A stretch of DNA of 64,000 nucleotides from NCBI GenBank assembly GCA_965235115.1, contig OZ249439.1:18538001-18602000 (forward strand), given 5' to 3'. Below are positions 48,801 through 61,899 of this stretch, in pieces. Numbering within the stretch: position 1 is the stretch's first letter; each line of letters starts with the position of its first letter. The notes under the pieces are model-generated. The model was not told where the DNA came from. It worked only from the letters and a program-made list of their open reading frames with translations, and did no database searches. This DNA comes from Laetmonice hystrix. Taxonomy: Eukaryota. The translations under genes and the position numbers were made by a program.

Positions 48801-51800
48801 TAGTAAATGTCTGTTACTTTTTCATGTTAAAAGTAAATGTCATCAAAGACATCCATTAGAAGAATGCCTCTCGGGTACGCTGTGACAAGCCCGTAACTGA
48901 ATATCATTAGCATTTAAAGATAGCACTCACTCAAAATAATCTGGATTGTGATTTGTAATGTGGAGTAAATCATTTCTGAAATGTTATTCACATGCTTGGT
49001 TCTTCATATGGAGCAAAATGTGATTTAGGCTCTTGTTTTCCATTGTCATTAGAGTAAATTGCTGCCTGTGTTTCCTGGAAAATAGAGCGATAGAGGAGAA
49101 GTCCGCATGTCAGATTCCATTATCTCTGCCAGTGCTGTTATTAATCGTGATTTTTCCGTACACCTTACTATCACGATTGATAATTAAATATTTCCGCGTT
49201 ATCATATATGTGTTTTTTATGATTGTCTTTAGAAGGTGAACTTGGTATCATATGTGACGTGTAGGGTGGCGTTAACCTCTGCTTTGTCATTAAAGACACT
49301 CTGTACTTCTTGAAATGTTCTCCTTTTGGATAGTATTGATGTCAAATATATCGATTATTTGATGAGGGAACTCTGGATTCATAGGTATGAGTTTGATTAA
49401 ACTTTGCCAAATGTTAACAAGGGGCAAATCAAGTCCGACTAAGTTGCGTAGATTCATCGCCAAAAACAACACGCTCCGTGAGATGTTGAAATGGCATTGA
49501 GCATTAGGTTTCACCCAGCACACGGCAACCTTTTAGCTAAGTGCCTTCATCGCGCATAACATAATTATTCTTCATTCCAAAAAAGTGGGGTTGCTCATTT
49601 CCTGACACTGACAATGGCTGCCGTCCTGCCAAGGCTTGTAACATGCACATTCCACATTAATGTATTATCATTGTCTCCCTGCTACTTGTGCAGTTGTTGC
49701 ATGGAATCAAACTGAATGCTCTGAAGACAACGGATTGAAAATCAGCGGGGCTGGGGGTCGGGGTATTGGCTGAGCAGTGATCTACATACAGGGGTGCGTC
49801 CTGATTATACTAGTGACCTATAAATGGGATTGTAATGGTGAGAAGATGAGCGCTTGTCGGGTGTGCCTTACTTCCCGGCTGTGCAAAACAGTTCTTACTG
49901 CTCTCATTGTCAATTTAGAAATGTATGCTCGCAGCTATTATAGTATTAATCGTTTTTACAACGCATGTTCCTGCTGTGACCTTAAAAGATGAAAGATGGG
50001 ACACAGAGCATGAATGAGCCATTGATACATGCTCGCAATACATGCTCGCAGTACATGCAAATCCTGCCGTCATGAATGATACGAGGGGTATGAGAAAAGG
50101 TAGAAACTTGGGTATTTTTATGGTTCTATGAAGAGAAATTACAGATTCCTGTAATGTTTACGTAAAATTGTTAGGTATCCCTGTAATCTGATACATATGT
50201 ATGCGAGCTGATAACATGATTATATGTATATCAGTGCAGCTTTAAGCGTCAGTTGTAAAACGAATCAGTGATATGTGCTCTCTGGATCGAATCGCAGCGT
50301 CCATAGGGTTCAGACATTACAAAAATGAGATATTTAAATTGGGTTGTTGATATTTTCGTATTGGAGTGCCCTGTTAGATTACAGTTCATTCTGATGGTAT
50401 ACGTCCAGTTTCTGTGAATAAATCCGAGGAAACTTTAACTTGAGGGACGTGCCTGTTTTGTAGATAAAGATTTTCTCACATAGATGGAGGATGAGGTTGA
50501 GTCATTCATTATCTCGAGCTGTCAGGATGAATCGCTCATATGTGATCTGTCATTGCTGTGTCAAGTGTTTAAATCATGGAATTAACATTTGACAACACCC
50601 CGCATAGCCACCAAGCCTGGCTGTCAAATCTGGCTTGAACATTTTAATACAGATATTAGTGTCATGTTAGATAACATCTGAAATATTTGTACAGGCTCCA
50701 GGCAAAGTTTGTGTTTGCCCAGGCATCAGTGTACTGATGTTACTGTGAGAAGGCAGGTCGAGTATGGCAGACATGGCTGTGGGCAAACATCAGTCTAAAA
50801 CAGTTGTAGGTATTCAAGTCAGATCCTTGCACAGAAATCCTGTGAATATAGCAAGGAAAGGGTTCACTGTAAATCCTCCAAAATGTGTTGCCAGGAACGA
50901 CCTTGGGCTTTTAGATCAGTCAGGACGGGGCCACAGATAGTAATGATGGCCACTGTGACCAGCATACCACTGATAGAGGTCTGAAAGGGCACTAAACCGG
51001 CCGAGTGAAACCAGCCTCACAGCAGGCCAGCCCTGCTCACCCCGTCCTGTCCAATGTCCCCGCCACCAGGGTCGGGATACGGTTCTTTATGACGACCTCC
51101 CGAGCACATGGCCACGCAGTTTGTGTGGTAGGATCAAGGACATAATTGTCAGTTGGCAAGCGTTGCTGGAGACAGTTTACAGCAATGTATGGGGCCAATT
51201 CAGCCCGAACTGCAAAACCCTGGTTAGAGTGGGCAGCTGGGGTAAAACAAGGTTGGATCTCAAATGTTGCCGGCTGTGGGCACTTTATTTAGGTTTAGAT
51301 CAATACCTGGCTCGGGGGGGGGGGGGGGGCATGGCAGGACTGGTAATGGCGGCCCCTTCTTTAACTGTTTGTCTTTCCTGCTTGCATTTAGAGCTACCAT
51401 AATTACTTAAAATACAGCTAATCTTACGTACTGAAAAGAAGTAGTCACTCCTGCATTTCAGACAATAAGCAGCAACGCGATCAGGATTGGGTTCAGTGAC
51501 TCATAGGGTAGAGAGGGCCATCTTACATGGCGGTGGGAATAACGGGCGAGAAAACTGCACCCCTTCTTTCCGCAACTGAGCTCGTCAGGTCACTGTTGTT
51601 GTTTTGTCAGCAGTGTCGGTTCTTTCCCCTCATTTTCAGTATCCATACTAGATATTTCACCATAACGTTCCGTATGAGTGGAGTAACGCTCGGGGTGAAC
51701 TGTTGACCATTGACATCGACATTGATAGAAGAGGCTGTGGTGGTCAATGTAATATTACGGTGGGGTGAAAAAACTGGAAATGGCCATAAAGAACAGTAAA

Positions 51801-51952
51801 TCGCCCTGTTAAAAGTTAACAGGAATAAAACAGACGTATTTGATGTTATTTTGCAACTGGGGTAGTATCTTGACACATAAATGCAGTCAATGTAAATATG
51901 CCTTTAGGAGAGCATAAATAGCCTGCGACTGTATGTTGTTGGGGTTTTTTGT

Positions 51953-52152
51953 TTTGTTTTTGTTGTTTGGGGTTGTCTTTCCAAGCTGGGTATGGTTGCT
52001 TAGTCTGCCCGCCCCCTTTGTTTTTGTTGTTTGGGGTTGTCGTTCCAGGCTGGGTATGGTTGCTTAGTCTGCCCGCCCCCTTTGTTTTTGTTGTTTGGGG
52101 TTCTCGTTCCAAGCTGGGTATGGTTGCTTAGTCTGCCCGCCCCCTTTGTTTT
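51953..52152. repeat. Minisatellite, about 3 copies of a 64-bp unit
   Basis: TGTTGTTTGGGGTTGTCGTTCCAAGCTGGGTATGGTTGCTTAGTCTGCCCGCCCCCTTTGTTTT starting at 51961, 52025 and 52089. Confidence 0.96.
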
Positions 52153-54041
52153 CAATTAGGTTTGACCGGAGGCAGTCATTTTGCTGGGAGTATGTTTGGC
52201 CTGGGCGGGGGTAGGTCATGGATGACCAGTGGCGATCCTGACCACTGAGGTGGTCTCCTCATCTCAATCTCCATCACCAGCAAACCCAGATGAAAGACGG
52301 CACTCCGGGACGGCCAGCACGGCAGTTGTCTTTGATGTACCAGTCACTGATGAACCGGCGCTTGTTGCTCGGTAGATGAACCAGACCTGCTTGCCCGCCT
52401 GGCCCCACATTCTGGTAGTGGGCCAATGTAATGAGTAGTCCGACGGTCATGAGGTCATTCCTCACTGGATGAATGTCTTTTCACCACCACCCCATGCCAT
52501 TTCAACGCAAAATAAAGGGAAACATGCCTGTGTGACATTACATACATGTCTCACGTGGCCTATCTCCGTCCACAAGCTTTAAAAACACCCAAAGGCCGAT
52601 TGGTGTTCGTTAGTAAAGCAGCACTAAATTAGTCATGTTAAAGAGAAGTATAGAAGTATGTTCAGAATCGTAGGCCTAGTGTTGTGCTTCTTTTTTCTGA
52701 TGCTCTTTACTTAGTAGTAGTTCTTTCTGGCATTCGCCTTTGTGGAGGTATAAGTAGTATAGAAATGTGCCTTTGAAGCAGGCACCTTGCCAAGCATTGA
52801 TCTTGCACTGTGTCAGCCCGACGACTGAGAATTGTGCTCTTATTGATCGAGACTATAAATAAGCGTAGACCTTCAATAAGCTTACCTAATGGTGATCATC
52901 ATCATAATGTTACATCTTCTTTACTAGCATAATTTACCTGCAAATAACAAGGGTGTCTATCAGGAGTAGCGCTTTGATTATCAAAATGAACAAGATGGGG
53001 ATTTTGAGTGACTAACTTATGTTCCTGTTTTTCATTGAGTGCAGCCCTCAGTTGTTATAGCTGCTCTAATGTAGACTCCAGCAAGAGTCGTGAAGAGAGA
53101 GCAAGCCAGCTTGTGGTTGACAAAGAACACATATCCCCGGTGGCTCAGTGCAAGTCATTATGTCAGCGTCTCTGAACTAAACTGAGCGCTCTTTGAGACT
53201 CTGCCATCAAACAGGAGTGGATGCGATTCCATTAAGTTGTGTTTGGGGGATTTTAGCACATAGTGGTGCAGTCCAGGTTAGGCTCGCGCAAGGCGGCTCA
53301 GTACTTGAAGAGGACATGGGCGAGTCAGTGGAAGGGCTGCAGGCTAGCATGGCGCGGGACAAGGGGACAGGTAAGGGGGCCGGGCTACAGGGGAGTGGGA
53401 GGGGGATCTAAAGAAGATGGCTTGCTTGAAGGCAACGGCTGGGTTCCAGTCTCTTGGGAGTCTCCAAACCTCTCCGGGTTGTCCCTGGTGGCTCCCACCC
53501 CCATCCCATTCACCCTTTTCCATCTTCACCCTACCCCACTTGTCATCAATCATGAGCATAGCGAAGGTCAGCCATCACATCCCACTCTCTGCTGCAAGGG
53601 TGTCTGGCCAGGGTAAACTGGACCTCCCTCGTTCAAGTTGAATGTTATTATTACCTATTCATGCCAGTTCAGCCAGAATTGTGGTGCTAAATCTGTAACT
53701 AAACGAAATTGGTATTTGTTCAGGTACCAATCAGTTGAATTTTGTCTTAATCTTTCAACCCAGTCCAGTGTTGCACACTGGCTCGCTGAGTCACCGAGAT
53801 ACGTTATCAACAAACTTGTTTTCCTGCTGCCTTGCCAGGAGAAATCAATATAAAACATTTAAAGGCAGTTGAAATCACGCAGTTCATCTCTTCAGTCTTG
53901 ATATAACCAAAAAGCTTTATAAATCACAGTATTTAAGCCCATAGAACCATTTCAGATCTATACCAATTGGATAGTTTTGACGCAACTTGCGCTGAAAGTC
54001 TGATTTTAAAGCAACATGACAGATGTTGCCATTGTCTTTAC

Positions 54042-54179
54042 CTAGAGTCGTGTTGAAGAGTACGATTTTGTTATTTCTAGGATTGTTCCAGAGTGCCTTT
54101 GCTTCAGGTGGTATGACCTCTGAGAGCCGGGTGTTGTGGCTGTGTTGTTTTTCTCCTGATCTAATGTCTTCTCCTTTCC
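54042..54179 (-). CDS. Candidate symmetric exon (138 nt, phase 1 to 1), product unknown
   Basis: Acceptor CTGCCTTCCTTGTCCTGCAG, donor TAG|GTAAAG. Open reading (G)KGEDIRSGEKQHSHNTRLSEVIPPEAKALWNNPRNNKIVLFNTTL. Confidence 0.2.
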   Translation of the reverse strand, partial: GKEKTLDQEKNNTATTPGSQRSYHLKQRHSGTILEITKSYSSTRL

Positions 54180-54291
54180 CTGCAGGACAAGGAAGGCAGT
54201 GATGAATGTGGGACACACAGGCGCACAGCCACCTTTCCCAGAATAGTCCGTGTCGTTTCCTGGCACCCAGGAAACACATTAGTTATGTGTC

Positions 54292-54474
54292 ACTGTCCAA
54301 AGACTATTTAGCTACGACTAGGGTCAATTACATGTTTACTGTCCAAAGACTATTTAGCTACGGCTAGGGTCAATTACATGTTTACTGTCCAAAGACTATT
54401 TAGCTACGACTAGGGTCAATTACATGTTTACTGTCCAAAGACTATTTAGCTACGACTAGGGTCAATTACATGTT
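54292..54474. repeat. Minisatellite, about 4 copies of a 46-bp unit
   Basis: ACTGTCCAAAGACTATTTAGCTACGACTAGGGTCAATTACATGTTT at 54292, 54338, 54384 and 54430, with one substitution in copy 2. Confidence 0.97.
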
Positions 54475-55639
54475 AAGGGTCAAACAAACAAACAAACAAA
54501 AAATACGTCAAATATGTTCGCAGTATAATATCAAAGTACTGCAACTCCACAAAATGAGTCGGGTTCCGTGATAAAGTTAGACTTGAGAAATGCGTATGTT
54601 GATGACGATCCTCGGTGCCGGTATAGGATGTTTCTTCAAGGACCTGCAGGGGGATATTGACACAGGGGATTCGTCTGTTTGACAAACACAGGAGTCTGCC
54701 TCAATGACCGCCGGATCAGAACGAAAGGACACAACTACCGGTCCGTGTCCTGCCCGTACCGCCGAGATGCCATGGGCAGGCATTATTGTGGCGGAAGTTA
54801 TAGAATTGGGGAGAGGTTTCTCATAGAATGATGTATCAAGTGGGCAGCTGGCTGAGTCGCCTGTGTCTGCAGCAGTCGTGCCGCAGACGCTGATCAAGGT
54901 TTCCTGCATTGACCACAGGGATGAAGGATGATTTTAGGAGGGATCGGGGCAGGGTGCACGACTTGATCCAGCCGTGATTGGTCACTGTCGTATGCCATTG
55001 ATTACCCATCCATTATTGATATTCTATCAGCAGAACAAAAAGATGAGTCGGGGAGCACTGATCTTCAAGTAAGAGCGCGGATACTTGTGCTTTGACAAGG
55101 AAATATGAGACAAGCCCCGATAGAACAGAAGCTGACGTGATGTGCAGGTACCTTTGGCACCAGTTGTCAGTACTTTCCGTTCACTGTGGAGTTCACCCGC
55201 CACCGTCATGACATATCAGCTTACTCTCGATGTTTTATAAGGTAATTGTCCTCTTACTCATAGACAGCTCTATCATTGTACGGTTCAATGGATACAAATT
55301 AAGTTAATCAGAGATATACACAGCAATTGGCTCAAACACGGAGGGGTTAGTTATAGTATATTCTATGATAATCTTATGACGTTTAACTTTTAGAACTAGA
55401 GCTGAGCTGAGAACTGAGAGCTGTTCCCGTCCGGAGGTGGTGGTTGTGTCGACACCTCGGTATAAACCAGTGCTGATACCAGAGCTACATTCACATACAC
55501 GTGACTCCTGTGACTGTCATGATGAATGGCATGTCAACCTCAAAATTCAGCAGGCCTGGTTCTTGCCAAGAAACTGTCATTGACTGATGTATAGACCTCT
55601 GTGGACACAGCCAAACGGGCTGGACGGGGCGGGAAGGGG

Positions 55640-55830
55640 CCTCGAGAACTCTCCGGTAAAGGACTGTACACCCGTCCCCGACCTGTCGTATCTTCAAACA
55701 TATCGCAGCATCCGGACATTGACTGGTCAGTCCTGTGGAAGGAACTGTTAAAACCTCTATGTGGCTTTACAACACAGCCAGACAAAGTGGTAATAATAAA
55801 GAAATGCTTCCATGGTTTTCAGTATAAGAA
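55640..55830 (+). mobile_element. Possible L1/Tx1-clade non-LTR retrotransposon remnant (region C-terminal to the RT)
   Basis: ELSGKGLYTR...HPDIDWSVLWKELLKP...IKKCFHG resembles the K-x-[IL]-Y...[IV]-D-W-x-x-[IV]-W...K-I-[LF]-H pattern that precedes the zf-RVT knuckle. By eye only. Confidence 0.35.
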
Positions 55831-58800
55831 GGAACTATAATAGACAGAAATGAATGTCCAGATGATGCGTAGCTTTCTTTAAGTGAAGGGTCAAATGTTA
55901 TTTGACTATCAGTCCCGACTAGATGTAATGACAACAATTGAGCCAGGTGCCGACAGCCGTAACGGTGAGCAGTGTATAGATTACGGGCTGCAGCATCTGT
56001 ACATGGATTCCGTGCAATTTTGCACACTGCATGTCCTCTAGATTCTGTGGCCAAGGTCAGGGACAGCATCATATCGCTCCAAGTCTTCCCTCGGCAATCC
56101 GACATCAAAATCCCCGCTAACAACGCTTTGTCCAAACTCTGTGTTACATTATCTCATGGTTGGGTCAAAGGGCACCGTGACAAAGGTCATAGATCAATAG
56201 TGGCTAAGTTCATAGGTCAGTTGGTACTCTCCTTCGCTTGACACAGCACGAAAGGTCTGTGATGATGGATACAGTAGTTGGGGTAATAAAGTGAAGGACA
56301 GGACAAGGGTCGAATGAGTAAGAGGGTATGGGGGATTGGTCAGTTCCACTGAGGAAGACTGCCAGAATAAGACACTGCTGAATATTACTGCCAGCTGTCT
56401 CCGGAATTGTGCCATTTTATTCCTGATCGCATGAAAAAGGGAAAATATCTGATCTGAACGCGATAGTTTGATGCGTTATTGGAATTATATATTTGATATC
56501 TCTTTGTGTGTTTCATTCGAGACAACTTTCTGCGTCGTAACTTTGCACCAATCCGAATCATAAATGCATGCAGTAGTAAGACACTGGGCTCGAGTATAAA
56601 GAGGAGGATAGAAAGAGGATCATGAAAGATTTAGGAGAAGAATGATAAGGAGCAGAGGTAGACGGTTGTGGCTAAAGGCCGCTAAGTACACTACTTAGGC
56701 CTGGTGTTATTACACAAAGGGGCGGAGAGCAGCAGTACAACGTCAGCCGTTCAGCATTCTCATTCCGGCCAGTTTAACAAAGGTTTTCCAGTAAGTCAGA
56801 AATTCGTTACCCAGTCCCATTGAGGTTTTGTTACGTGCTTTGTAGAAAATATTGTCAATTTTGTATTCCGTTTCCCTTTCTATATATACATAGACAGAAC
56901 CATGTTGAATCTATGTTGACTGACGACTGTTAAAGAACTGTACTGAAGCATACAGACTCTTTGTGTTTCTGATGGTTGTTCTGCCTAGAAGGGGTTGTGA
57001 ACAGATGAAGGAGAGTAGAACTCGAGGCAGTACAGGTAGGCAAAACAGTCGGCAGGAGGATAAGTACGACATGCTTGCATATTATTGATTAGAGAGACTT
57101 TGAAAGTAAACTGGATTGCCTCCAACTAATGGTTCTCCAGTGGCACTAAAAGGATTTGGGTTATTAGAAAGAAGACGCCTCGTGTGCTTGTTGAGATTCT
57201 CTTTAGTTTGTTTTCTCTTTGTACCTAGTCAGGAGGAGTGAAAATTAATGGAATCCTAATTTATATGCTATGTTTTATACAGAGCATTTCTCACTTGTGA
57301 TTCTCCATTAAGTTCTTGAGCTAGGATCTATATTGCTTATTTTTTCCATTGCTTGTCTTGTAGGTGATCCTTTCTTGTTATAAATTTGTAATTAGCGTCC
57401 CGTTTTCCAGCTTTTTATTCCACCAAACCAGCCTGCGGACGCCAAGATTCTATATGCCGTATAGTAGTGTCGCGTGTACGCTGCCTATTGACCCGATGAA
57501 ATCAACTGAATTCTCATGGGAGATTAAACCATGGTCGTAAAATAATAGGAAAATGGAGGTCACCAAACAGGGCCCAGTTTACTATGAGGCCCAGGGAAAT
57601 TTCCCGGCGATTTTTGTCCCAGACCTCCGTTGGACATCCCCCATTGGCCTGCATGGTCTTCCTTCCATATTTCTAGGATTTACTCTACCGGAGGTAATTC
57701 ACCAAAACTCATTACTTTTCGTGCCAAGCATAGTCTGTCCTTCGTCCTTCATCATTTCCAACTATACTGCTCATACAACCGATATTTATCCAAAGCAATT
57801 CGATTTTGTATCATGGTTTATCCGTTTTACCCATGCAAATGGATCCGGCTCGGCGTGTTGCCAGCATGTTATAATATATAGGAGTGTGCAATGTATTGGA
57901 TATTCAGTTGGTATCGGGAGCCATCTGGGAATGTGATACATCAATAAGCCCGCCTCAGCACATCTCTTGGAGACCACAACAGCAGTGATTGAATCAATTT
58001 GGTCTTCTGAGTGGTACCTGACCGGTGACCATCAGCTGACCACTGGCTGACCAGCTGACCACCACTGAGCGGCAAACACATTGCCTTCTAGAACGAGTGG
58101 TTCAGGACACTGAGTTCATTCGTACACGTGGGGACAGGACATCTATGACGATGTGGAAACAACATGGATATATTGTATTACAGCAATACAGTGTTGACAG
58201 ACTGACAGGCTCAGAAGGAAAAAAACGAACCAAATTGTCCGTTTTGTTTATTTGTTTGTATTTATTCATTAATTTATTTTTTGTCGTTTCAAATGAGATG
58301 GAAAGTTTTCCGAGGCTGCTCAGATAAACAGGGCAAAGATCATGAAGATATGGGAAAGAGAACAAAGGATTGATTTGTACTCATTACGAGTCCCTGGAAC
58401 AGAAAAAATTCTCGTCAAAAAGTCACTCGGTTTCATTTTATATTTGGTATTTATATTATTTTCTCTCATAGAAATTAAAAGTAAAAGACAGTCCTGAAAA
58501 ACGATATTCGATTGGTATTGTATTTGCATTAAACATTATTTGCCAAATCACATGCCCATTACTTTTGATTCAGAAACCGTTCCATTTTAAATTAAACAAA
58601 ATACTTTTCCTTCTGCTCTTGTCGATTGACCTCCCTATTATTATTGCATAGGAAGTGTTTGTTGTTGTAGCGCTGTACATGGATTATGATTGAACTGTAG
58701 ACCTATAGACATATAGATTATCTCAAGTACTGAAGTGACTGTTGCGATATTTTTGGTTGCGATACACATACTCTGTTTAAACTGCTCGGTAGTTTTACAA

Positions 58801-58979
58801 ATTCTCGTCTGCAGTGCGGTTTCTTTAAATCAATGCTTCATTTCTCGACGGTGGATAAGTATGATACGGATTAGTGGTACAGGCGTATATGACCGTGATA
58901 CAGGTGGAAATGACAGCCTGGAGAAGGTGAAAACTGCAGGCGAACATACAGGCGTTGTGTGGAGGACAGGGGGGGGGGG

Positions 58980-59429
58980 CTGAAGCGGGTACTGAGGATG
59001 TAGGCGATGCTCAGTAGGTGGAGACAGGTGGGGAGACTGAAGCGGGTACTGAGGATGTAGGCGATGCTCAGTAGGTGGAGACAGGTGGGGAGACTGAAGC
59101 GGGTACTGAGGATGTAGGCGATGCTCAGTAGGTGGAGACAGGTGGGGAGACTGAAGCGGGTACTGAGGATGTAGGCGGTGCTCAGTAGGTGGAGACAGGT
59201 GGGGAGACTGAAGCGGGTACCTAGGATGTAGGCGATGCTCAGTAGGTGGAGACAGGTGGGGAGACTGAAGCGGGTACTGAGGATGTAGGCGATGCTCAGT
59301 AGGTGGAGACAGGTGGGGAGACTGAAGCGGGTACTGAGGATGTAGGCGATTCTCAGTAGGTGGAGACAGGTGGGGGGACTGAAGCGGGTACTGAGGATGT
59401 AGGCGATGCTCAGTAGGTGGAGACAGGTG
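58980..59429. repeat. Minisatellite, about 8 copies of a 57-bp unit
   Basis: Unit CTGAAGCGGGTACTGAGGATGTAGGCGATGCTCAGTAGGTGGAGACAGGTGGGGAGA. It explains the minus-strand ORF 58871-59476. Confidence 0.98.
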
Positions 59430-61899
59430 AGGCAGAATGTGGGTTGCCGTGGAGATGGATGGTGAACCGGGGCCACCTTGAGGTAGGCAGGAAGCGGTGC
59501 TCAGCTGATGGGTGCTACCACTGCAAGGCTGTCCGCGGGGGTGTGCCGCCCCGGCCGGGTAACACTAACCGCCCATGACCCACCACTCGAGCCGCCACTC
59601 ATACAATGGAGATAACTCGCCTCGCAGCTGGACAATTGGAATTAATTTCCTCGAAAAGGACAGGAATTAACTTTAAATCAAAATGCACCCTGAGATAGAA
59701 TCGGTCTTTATTTTATTTGGGGGGGGGGGGGGGTGCGTCAGGTAAATAAGGTATTTGAGCAGTTTTTTTTCAGTCAATATTTTCTATTTTCAAAATACCT
59801 AAACTAATTCAGATGCAGCTGCGCCTATGTTACAATTTCTTATTGAGCTTCCCAATAGTAAAACGTGGTCTACTCGACAGAGTCTGTGCCCCAGTCAGGT
59901 AATGTCTGTCGGTACAGGCCTGACGGCGGGCGGGCAGACTCGTGGCGAGGGGCTGTTCATCATGGAGGGGTTCACCATTGTGTCGGGCCATGCAGGATTC
60001 ATTGCCTATTGTTACCAGGACTGGGATCCTGACATGTGCCATGAGGGCCGCTGTCTTTGTACCCGGCCTCTGTGAATCTTACCCCAGGTGATGTGCGGGC
60101 TGCGATGTGCTGGCGCTCACTAGGGTTCCTGCCCCACATGGTTGGGGGCGCTGGTTCACACACGAGGTCCAACTACCTGCAGGGGGTTTTCCCACTACCC
60201 TGCCCCTCCCTGTCAGAGGTGAACGCCACCCCAGACGTTCTGTCACCTTGCATCTAGCCAACCGTCTTCAGACACGGACAGCTACCATTGAGATGTGATC
60301 AGGCAACAATTGCTGATGGAAACACTGGGTCAGGTCCGAGCTCACCGCTGACAGATCACTCCAGGCCCCCTCTCCGCCTCCACATCTCAGCATCAACTTG
60401 ACTCATTTCCAGGGTTCTCATGTCTAAATCTTACAGGCAAAAATCCAATGTCAGAAGTGGATGGAGAAGTATAAAATATGGGCATGTTATGATGGTTCCA
60501 ACTGGTATGGCGGCAGAGGGCACGAGCTAGCCGTGGTCAATGGCTTCATACCCCGCCCACTTGTCAGGAGTGAGCGTGATTTGTGAGGGTTCTCCGGTCT
60601 AGAATTACCAGCCGACAATTCCACATATTCGCCCCAAGAGAGCGATTCCTCTTTTTTCTTTATCTCTCAGAAGAGTCGAAAGATGTGTTTACAGAATACT
60701 GCCACAGACATGTTAATTCAAAGATATTAGAACGGATAGGCAAATGTTAATTGGTTATTGAGATTTCAAAAAGGGCACTCCTCGACTACAAATTGAAAAA
60801 TCAAAAAGAACTATGCTGTGCTATTTAATCCGTCTACTGTGCTTGACTACATATAGAATAGTTGAGTTTGTGTAGCTTTTTTTCTTTAATCCAGGGAATT
60901 AAAGGTTATATCAGATCAATGATTCATAACACTTTTTAAAAGGATCAATGCAATAATGCTTTTAGTCAATATAATGTTTGTTTTGGCCTGAGTTGGGCTT
61001 CGCGACTACTATTGAACTGTATACAACCTAATTGAGGTCGCTCTGCAGACTTCCAGCATGGACAACATGGACAGTCACAATTACCCTACAACATTCATGA
61101 ATGGGATTAGCCCAGTTGCCCAGTGCCAACTTTAACCGGCCTGACCATGATTCTGTGGGACAACGTGAGCATGTGATCCCACAACCAACGCACCCACACA
61201 ATTATAATTGATCTTCCCTGTTGTTCTACCCTGTTGCTTGGGAGGTCAGAGACACAACGGTCGCACGGTCTAATTGCTATGTGTGTACATTGATCTTCAA
61301 CTGAGGCTGGCTAGATGAAGCCGTTCTGGCTATGTTTACACCATGGGTGATCCTTTTCAAATAGAAGCTGATGTGTTGATACAGAATAAATAGATTACAT
61401 GAGCTAGGCCTTGCGCCGGCTGACTGCCTGACCACCCCTGCGTGGGAATGGTAGCGCCCGTTGGCAGGGCCTCAGTGATCCTTGATTTGCTGCAGAGTCT
61501 GAGCTTGCACTGCGCCACGTGAACCTTCACCAAGCGCCCGCTCAGCCTGGCACAGAGGATGTACGCTACTTGGCCGTTCTGTTGTTGACGGTAGCTCTGC
61601 TGTCTTCATCACCAGTTGGACCTGTTGTAGGCCTATGTAGGTGGTGTGGCGACCACAGAGGGTTGGAGCCGGCCACGTGAAGCTGGTGACACGGAGAGAT
61701 AGGTCTAGGCCACAAGACATCTCACACGTGTGGATGTAGCCGTTTATGTAGACTTGTCAGCCGAGCTGCAGCCTCCCGTACCTAACACCAAACTCAGGCA
61801 GATGCTACACTCATACACACATCTCCTTCACCGTCATGTCGGAGAGGCAAGGGGTGTGTGCTCACTATCACTGCTTTCCGTAGGAGTAATATTGGCGAG

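Noticed and set aside
52886-52937. Minus-strand segment with strong acceptor and TAG|GTAAGC donor
   Set aside because: Stops in all three frames. It could only be non-coding, and it shows that such signal pairs may arise by chance.
55972-56241. LSHGWVKGHRDK resembling the RNase H WVxGH motif
   Set aside because: The following GNExAD motif and the upstream catalytic motifs are absent.
58871-59476. 201-aa minus-strand ORF of LHLLSIAYILSTRFSLPTC repeats
   Set aside because: Same reasoning: translation of a 57-bp tandem repeat.
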